Part shown: piece by piece, positions 27,182 through 32,000 of the stretch
Layout: each line of letters opens with the position of its first letter
Numbering within the stretch: the first letter of the stretch is position 1
Assembly: GCF_900105015.1 (NCBI RefSeq)
Contig: NZ_FNLK01000012.1
Coordinates: 150,001 to 182,000, forward strand
Length of the DNA stretch: 32,000 nt
Reading direction: 5' to 3'
DNA from: Schaalia meyeri
Lineage (GTDB): Bacteria > Actinomycetota > Actinomycetes > Actinomycetales > Actinomycetaceae
Notes under the pieces: generated by a model
The model's database searches: none
The model's input: the letters and a program-made list of their open reading frames with translations, nothing else
What the model was told of the DNA's origin: nothing
Made by a program: the position numbers and the translations under genes

Positions 27182-27682
27182 TTATAGGCCCATCACCTCC
27201 GTGGACCCGCGCTCGGCGAGGACGTCGCGCACGCGTGCCGCGTCGGAGACAGGAACGCCTTTAAGCGTCGCATCCGTTAGCGCACTGGCCGTGGACAGAC
27301 GGATGGTGGCGATTCCCATCAGGCGGAGCATGGGACCCTGGACGATGTCGACGTATTGGATACGCCCGTAGGGAACCAGGGTCATGGAACGCATCAGGAC
27401 GCCTCGGCGGATGACGAAGTCCGTGTCGGCCAGGGCGTAGCGCAGCGCCCTGACCTGGGCGGGGATGAGCCACAGGAACCACAGCGCGATGACGGTCGGC
27501 GCGGCCATGGCCACCCACAGGGCATCGATGCTGGCGACCTTGACGGCCGCATAGATGAGGCCGGCCAACAGGCCGCACGCGAGGAATACGCTTCCGAGCC
27601 TGAGAACGGCCAGCCTGGTGGATACGTTGCAAAATTGGACGCCCGCGGGCGCCATGAGGTCCTGTGAGCTACGCGATGACAT
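27182..27682 (-). CDS. YdbS-like single bacterial-PH-domain membrane protein (166 aa)
   Basis: Two TM helices, then YALADTDFVIRRGVLMRSMTLVPYGRIQYVDIVQGPMLRLMGIATIRLSTAS, which matches the bPH_2 pattern. Confidence 0.82.
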   Translation of the reverse strand: MSSRSSQDLMAPAGVQFCNVSTRLAVLRLGSVFLACGLLAGLIYAAVKVASIDALWVAMAAPTVIALWFLWLIPAQVRALRYALADTDFVIRRGVLMRSMTLVPYGRIQYVDIVQGPMLRLMGIATIRLSTASALTDATLKGVPVSDAARVRDVLAERGSTEVMGL

Positions 27683-27825
27683 GCTTCATTCTCGCATACG
27701 ACCCCGGGATTCCCCGCAAAAGAGCCAACGCCCCCATTCGCTCTGTGCCCAAGCTTACAATCGCAACATCAATACTCCCACCCAACTCACAGAAAACGTA
27801 CAGGAACATCCGCGACACTGAGGCC

Positions 27826-28530
27826 ATGGCCAACACTGGAACAGAAGCAAAACTGCTTGTCGTCGACGACGAACCCAACATCCGCGACCTGCTCGCCTCA
27901 TCCCTGCGCTTCGCTGGCTTCGATGTCGTCACCGCCGAAGACGGGGGCGGCGCCTTTCACGAAGCCCAGGCCTCGCGCCCCGATCTGATCGTCTTAGACG
28001 TCATGCTTCCCGACATGGACGGATTCACCGTCACGCGCCGCCTGCGCGACGCCGGAGTCACCACACCCGTCCTCTTCCTCACCGCGCGCGATGACATGCG
28101 CGACAAAATCCAGGGCCTCACCGTCGGCGGCGACGACTACGTTACCAAGCCCTTCGGCCTCGAAGAAGTCGTCGCCCGTATCCGCGCAATCCTGCGACGC
28201 ACGATGGGAATGGAGGAAGACGACGCCCTGCTGCGCGTCGGTGACCTGGTCATCGACGAGGACGCGCACGAAGTCACGCGCGCCGGGGTCCAGATCGACC
28301 TCTCCCCCACCGAGTTCAAGCTCCTGCGCTACCTGGTCATCAACGCAGGACGCGTCGTTTCCAAGATGCAGATCCTGGATCACGTGTGGGAATACGACTG
28401 GGACGGCGAGGTAGCCATCGTCGAGTCCTACATTTCCTACCTGCGACGCAAGCTCGCCGTCGACGGAGCCTCCGGAGAACTGATCCACACCAAGCGCGGC
28501 GTGGGGTACATCCTGCGCGTCGAGGACTGA
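27826..28530 (+). CDS. OmpR/PhoB-family response regulator, similar to mycobacterial PhoP (234 aa)
   Basis: Receiver domain KLLVVDDEPNIRDLL...DLIVLDVMLPDMDG...LFLTARDDMRDKIQGLTVGGDDYVTKPF and winged-helix domain ...LSPTEFKLLRYLVINAGRVVSKMQILDHVW...RGVGYIL. ATG at 27826. Confidence 0.92.
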   Translation: MANTGTEAKLLVVDDEPNIRDLLASSLRFAGFDVVTAEDGGGAFHEAQASRPDLIVLDVMLPDMDGFTVTRRLRDAGVTTPVLFLTARDDMRDKIQGLTVGGDDYVTKPFGLEEVVARIRAILRRTMGMEEDDALLRVGDLVIDEDAHEVTRAGVQIDLSPTEFKLLRYLVINAGRVVSKMQILDHVWEYDWDGEVAIVESYISYLRRKLAVDGASGELIHTKRGVGYILRVED

Positions 28531-28531
28531 C

Positions 28532-29998
28532 GTGCGCCCCAGCCTGGCTCAACGCATCGAGGCATGGTGGGACGCCAAGCCCCTGGCCGCCCAGCTCGTC
28601 ACCCTCATCACCCTGCTGCTGGCGGTCGGGCTCTCGCTGTCCGGAACGGTCATGATCGGGCTCCTCCAACACCACCTGACCTCCCAGATCGACGACCAGC
28701 TCATCGCAACCGCGCACACGATTCAAATCTCCGCGTCCTCCGCGACCTTCTCAGCGAACGGCCAGGGCGCCATCCCGACCCTCTACTACGTGCACATCCA
28801 CGGCAAGGACGGCAGCGACCGCTACCTCTACTCCGAGGACACGCTCAAGGCCTCGGGCACCCCCACTCTGCCCGACCTCGTCGATACGTCCTCCGCGCCC
28901 GTCGCTTCCTTCCGCACCCTGCCCGTGACCGTTGCTTCATCGAAGTCCGGCCTGGGGTGGCGGGCCCTCGTCGTGCCCGTCTACGACCAGGAATCCAGCG
29001 AGTTCTCGGGCTACATGACGATCGCCCTGCCCCTGTCGGACGTCCAACACACGCTGCGCACCACGGCCTCGTACTTCGCCGTCGCGGGCTCAATCATCGT
29101 CGTCATCGGAGGCTGGGCGGGCCGCCTCCTCGTGCGCCGAGCCCTGCTCCCGCTGCGCTCCATCGAATCAACCGCCGGAAAGATCGCGGCCGGGGACCTC
29201 ACCAAGCGCGTCACCCCGCGCCCGCCGACGACCGAGGTCGGTTCCCTGGCCTTGTCGCTCAACACGATGCTCACCCAGGTGGAACAGTCCTTCGAGGCGC
29301 GCCAGGCCTCGGAGCAAAAGATCAAGCGCTTCGTCTCAGATGCCTCCCACGAGCTGCGCACCCCGCTGGCAGCGATCTCCGGGTACTGCGAGCTCTACGC
29401 GATGGGCGGCGTACCCGCCGAAAGAACCGAGGATGTGATGAGCCGGATCGGCTCAGAATCCTCCCGCATGGCGAACCTGGTGGAGGATCTGCTCACGCTC
29501 GCCCGCCTCGACGAGGGGCGCCCCCTGGAAATCACCGACATCGACCTGGTGAAGCTGGCCGACAACGCCATGTTCGACTTGCAGGCCCTGGACCCCAAGC
29601 GCACGGTTACCCTCACCGGAATCACGGGGCGCACCCCCCCGATGTCCCTCATCGTGCCGGGAGACCGCGACCGACTCTCCCAGGTGTTCACCAACCTGAT
29701 CGGCAACATCGTCCGCTACACGCCGCAGGGTTCCCCGGTCGAGATCGCCCTCGGGCACAGCGGCGACACCGCCATCGTTGAGCTGCGCGACCACGGTCCC
29801 GGAATCGACGAAACCGACCGGACCCGCGTGTTCGAGCGCTTCTACCGGTCCGATACCTCCCGCAACCGAAAGTCCGGCGGTTCGGGCCTGGGCCTGGCGA
29901 TCGTGTCCGGAATCCTCACGGCTCACCGAGGAAACGCCTCGTTGACGAAAACAAAAGGAGGAGGCTTGACGGTACGTATCGAGCTGCCCAGCGCATAA
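28532..29998 (+). CDS. Sensor histidine kinase: two TM segments, periplasmic loop, HAMP, HisKA, HATPase_c (488 aa)
   Basis: H-box FVSDASHELRTPLAAISGY, N-box FTNLIGNIVRYTP, and G-boxes DHGPGI and GGSGLGLAIV. GTG 28532 lies 1 nt after the regulator stop. Confidence 0.92.
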   Translation: MRPSLAQRIEAWWDAKPLAAQLVTLITLLLAVGLSLSGTVMIGLLQHHLTSQIDDQLIATAHTIQISASSATFSANGQGAIPTLYYVHIHGKDGSDRYLYSEDTLKASGTPTLPDLVDTSSAPVASFRTLPVTVASSKSGLGWRALVVPVYDQESSEFSGYMTIALPLSDVQHTLRTTASYFAVAGSIIVVIGGWAGRLLVRRALLPLRSIESTAGKIAAGDLTKRVTPRPPTTEVGSLALSLNTMLTQVEQSFEARQASEQKIKRFVSDASHELRTPLAAISGYCELYAMGGVPAERTEDVMSRIGSESSRMANLVEDLLTLARLDEGRPLEITDIDLVKLADNAMFDLQALDPKRTVTLTGITGRTPPMSLIVPGDRDRLSQVFTNLIGNIVRYTPQGSPVEIALGHSGDTAIVELRDHGPGIDETDRTRVFERFYRSDTSRNRKSGGSGLGLAIVSGILTAHRGNASLTKTKGGGLTVRIELPSA

Positions 29999-30171
29999 AC
30001 AACGCAATGAAGGTGCGCACAGCCGCGACTTTTCGTATATTTTAGCTATTCATTACATAATGACTTCCGGTGATCCCTCCGGATATTCCCCGATTGTCCG
30101 CCTACAAACGTGACCTTTGGGGAAAAGCACACTAGCATGTCTCGGGTATGCCTCAGCTAGGAGAGTGGCCC

Positions 30172-31128
30172 ATGGGTGCTCAAGCACCTCAGTGGCTGTT
30201 GACGTCTTTCGTTGACGCCATGCAGCAAATCGGCGCGACCGCGACCGAAACAGACCTCAAGAACGAGAGCGCTGACCTCGCGGAGCGCTGGAGCGCGCCC
30301 GAACGCCAGATGCACAACCTGCGTCGGCTCATGGGTACGCTCACCCACATCGACGAGATCGCGACCTTAGCACACGATCCGGACATCCTGCGCGTCGCCG
30401 CCTGGTACCACGGGGCGTTCCTCAACAAGGCGCTCGAGATCAAGCTCGGCGGATTCCAGGCGAACTTCGCGGCCACCCGCTGCATCGACCACGCGCACAG
30501 CCGCCTGACGAGCCTCGGCGTGCCCGACGAGGTCGTGGCCCGTATCGATGAGCTCATCGCCTTCCTCACCCGGCACCGTGCGCCGCGCACCGACTTCGAC
30601 GCGCAGGTCCTGGTGGACGCGGACCTGGCATGTCTGTCCTGCAGCCCGCAGGAGTATAAGAAGCTGCGCTCAGCGCTGCGAGCCGAGTTGAGCGAGCTCG
30701 ACGACCTGCACTTCGTTAAGGCCCGGCGCGCGCTGGTGAAGAAACTGCTCAGCTACAAGACCATCTACCAATCCCCCCTCGGCTCCGCCTGGGAGGATAC
30801 GGCCCGCGCGAATCTCGAGGTCGAACTGGCCCGGCTGGAGCGCGAGAAGGCGCAGCTGAGCGCCGCCGCCCAGGCGGACGAGGCGGACGATGCCGACGAG
30901 TCGGACGATGCTGACGAGCCCGCTGAGGACTCGGTCACGACGACCGGCACGCTCATCATCAAGCGCCGCTCCATCAAGAAGCGCACCCCCGTCCAGTCTC
31001 CGGACAACGAAGTTACGTCAACGGGTGTCCTTCCGCGCAAAATCACCGAGGAAACGGACGAGGAAGAGGAGGCGACCTCCTCGCTGGAGTCCGCCGTGGA
31101 GTCCCTGGATCTGCCCGCCTCGAACTAG
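30172..31128 (+). CDS. COG4339-like HD-superfamily protein with degenerate metal-binding residues and an acidic disordered tail (318 aa)
   Basis: WSAPERQMHNL..., AAWYHGAF... and VLVDADLACLSCSPQEYKKLRSALRAE resemble the predicted-phosphohydrolase COG4339 pattern (HRxYH / FHD / DxDLxxLG). The start is taken at ATG 30172, after AGGAGA; ATG 30148 is an alternative. Confidence 0.55.
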   Translation: MGAQAPQWLLTSFVDAMQQIGATATETDLKNESADLAERWSAPERQMHNLRRLMGTLTHIDEIATLAHDPDILRVAAWYHGAFLNKALEIKLGGFQANFAATRCIDHAHSRLTSLGVPDEVVARIDELIAFLTRHRAPRTDFDAQVLVDADLACLSCSPQEYKKLRSALRAELSELDDLHFVKARRALVKKLLSYKTIYQSPLGSAWEDTARANLEVELARLEREKAQLSAAAQADEADDADESDDADEPAEDSVTTTGTLIIKRRSIKKRTPVQSPDNEVTSTGVLPRKITEETDEEEEATSSLESAVESLDLPASN

Positions 31129-31227
31129 ATGCGCTGCGCGGGTCTGCCCCGGTATCTTGGCACCCTAGTCCCGGCCTTGACGGCGCCGTCAGCCTGACGA
31201 TCACGTGCGCGGCCCGTTTGGCGCCGT

Positions 31228-31470
31228 CCCCGCGCGCGGGATCCCCCTTCTCGTATTCGCTCCTCGTGCACAGGGCTCACTGCTCACTATCGCGGTCGGA
31301 GCGGCGTGTTCGGCGGCGACTCGCACGCTCCCCGTCCGCAGGGGCTCACTGCGAGGAGCATGCGCGTCGCCTCGGGCTCATCCACTCGCTGCCCATCCAC
31401 AGGGGTTCGCTCTGTGTTGCGCCTATCCACAGGCGCCGCCACGCGCCTGGATCCCCCAGCCCCGCGCGCG
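31228..31470. repeat. Cluster of short direct and swapped repeats in the WXG100 leader
   Basis: - CCCCGCGCGCG at 31228-38 and 31460-70.
- GGATCCCCC at 31239-47 and 31449-57.
- GGGCTCACTGC at 31273-83 and 31342-52.
- ATCCACAGG at 31395-31403 and 31425-31433. Confidence 0.7.
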
Positions 31471-31519
31471 TAGCGTCGGCGTCGACGGACCCATCCGGGG
31501 TCCCACAAAGGAGAACACC

Positions 31520-31816
31520 ATGACCGCATACGCCGTCGACGCCGAACTAATCTCCGTGGCCTCCGCGCAGGCCTGCACGACCGCGTCCACAATCCGCACC
31601 GAAGTCGACACGCTGATGGCCCAGCTGCTCGCCCTCCAGGATTCCTGGACCGGCGGAGCGCAGGTTAATTTCCAGGCGACGATCACCCAGTGGCAGGGGA
31701 TTCAAGCACAGACACACGAAGCCCTCGACACCATTTCCGCGCAGCTGCAAACGGCTGCGGCGACCTATTCGGAGGCGGAAGCACACTCGGCATCACTGTT
31801 CGCGGGAGCCGCGTGA
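31520..31816 (+). CDS. WXG100-family (EsxA/EsxB-like) type VII secretion substrate (98 aa)
   Basis: About 100 aa and helical, with a central W-x-G (DSWTGGA). ATG 31520 follows AAAGGAGAA. The upstream 105 codons of the track ORF are not protein-like. Confidence 0.82.
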   Translation: MTAYAVDAELISVASAQACTTASTIRTEVDTLMAQLLALQDSWTGGAQVNFQATITQWQGIQAQTHEALDTISAQLQTAAATYSEAEAHSASLFAGAA

Positions 31817-31820
31817 ACGC

Positions 31821-31858
31821 GCTTGGGGGCGGGACTTAAAAGAGTCCCGCCCCCAAGC
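31821..31858. terminator. Bidirectional terminator hairpin between the WXG100 gene and groEL
   Basis: Perfect 16-bp arms GCTTGGGGGCGGGACT (31821-31836) / AGTCCCGCCCCCAAGC (31843-31858) with loop TAAAAG. Confidence 0.75.
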
Positions 31859-31881
31859 GAATCAGCACGTAGCCGAGCGGC

Positions 31882-32000
31882 TCAGTACATGCCACCCATG
31901 CCTGCACCGGCGTCTTCGCCACCGGCGGCCGGGGGCTCCGGCTTGTCGGCCACGACGGCCTCGGTGGTGAGGAACATGCCGGCGATGGAGGCCGCGTTCT
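31882..32000 (-). CDS. groEL: Chaperonin GroEL, C-terminal fragment (gene continues beyond the window)
   Basis: The reverse-strand translation ends ...[38 protein letters not shown], with the stop at 31882-31884. This is the typical GroEL C-terminus with a GGM-type tail. Confidence 0.85.
   Translation of the reverse strand, partial: NAASIAGMFLTTEAVVADKPEPPAAGGEDAGAGMGGMY

Noticed and set aside
30000-30147. An AT-rich patch considered as a possible foreign insertion or IS remnant.
   Set aside because: It is only about 100 bp and has no inverted repeats or coding potential. Its position upstream of the next gene fits an ordinary promoter or UP-like region.
31205-31519. The upstream 105 codons of the 203-aa ORF that contains the WXG100 gene.
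   Set aside because: The translation is Ala/Arg/Pro-rich with no helical WXG100 character. A strong RBS and ATG at 31520 give a canonical 98-aa protein.
1-32000. A defence island, toxin-antitoxin pair, prophage or biosynthetic cluster.
   Set aside because: I recognised no nuclease/methylase pairs, phage structural genes, integrases, TA-sized gene pairs or secondary-metabolite enzymes. The gene order is dominated by housekeeping and envelope functions conserved in Actinobacteria.

Overview
This is a high-GC actinobacterial chromosomal segment whose gene content looks like Actinomycetales core genome. I call 27 intact protein-coding genes, 1 disrupted gene, 1 tRNA and 1 riboswitch.

Genes in order:
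- mscL
- a 1393-aa DUF4011/SF1-helicase-like protein
- tRNA-Arg(CCT)
- a tandem universal stress protein
- an NlpC/P60 hydrolase behind a cyclic-di-AMP (ydaO-type) riboswitch
- a DtxR-family repressor, divergent from serC
- an MFS transporter
- an NCS2 purine permease
- a cold-shock protein coupled to DUF3027
- a TPM-domain membrane protein followed by pspA
- a NYN-domain protein
- glpF-glpK with a divergent SorC-family regulator
- lysS, panD, panC, a DUF2520 Rossmann protein, and two bacterial-PH-domain (YdbT/YdbS-like) membrane proteins
- an OmpR/PhoP-like response regulator with its histidine kinase
- a COG4339-like HD-superfamily protein
- an orphan WXG100 gene
- the 3' end of groEL

As I remember it, the lysS-to-PH-domain order mirrors the M. 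tuberculosis Rv3598c-Rv3605c neighbourhood.

I see no transposase, integrase, prophage, CRISPR array or recognisable defence island. I cannot honestly point to a clear novel multi-gene system. The items most worth a second look are:
1. The giant helicase-like protein, which has no Walker A anywhere.
2. The TPM / coiled-coil / Trp-rich-tail protein paired with PspA.
3. The YdbT-like gene, whose recognisable protein sequence runs through three reading frames next to a hexanucleotide repeat.
4. The repeat-rich 390-bp leader of the orphan WXG100 gene.

Many long ORFs in the supplied track are off-frame artefacts of high GC. The track also uses GTG/TTG starts written as M. I trimmed several starts using family N-termini and Shine-Dalgarno sequences.
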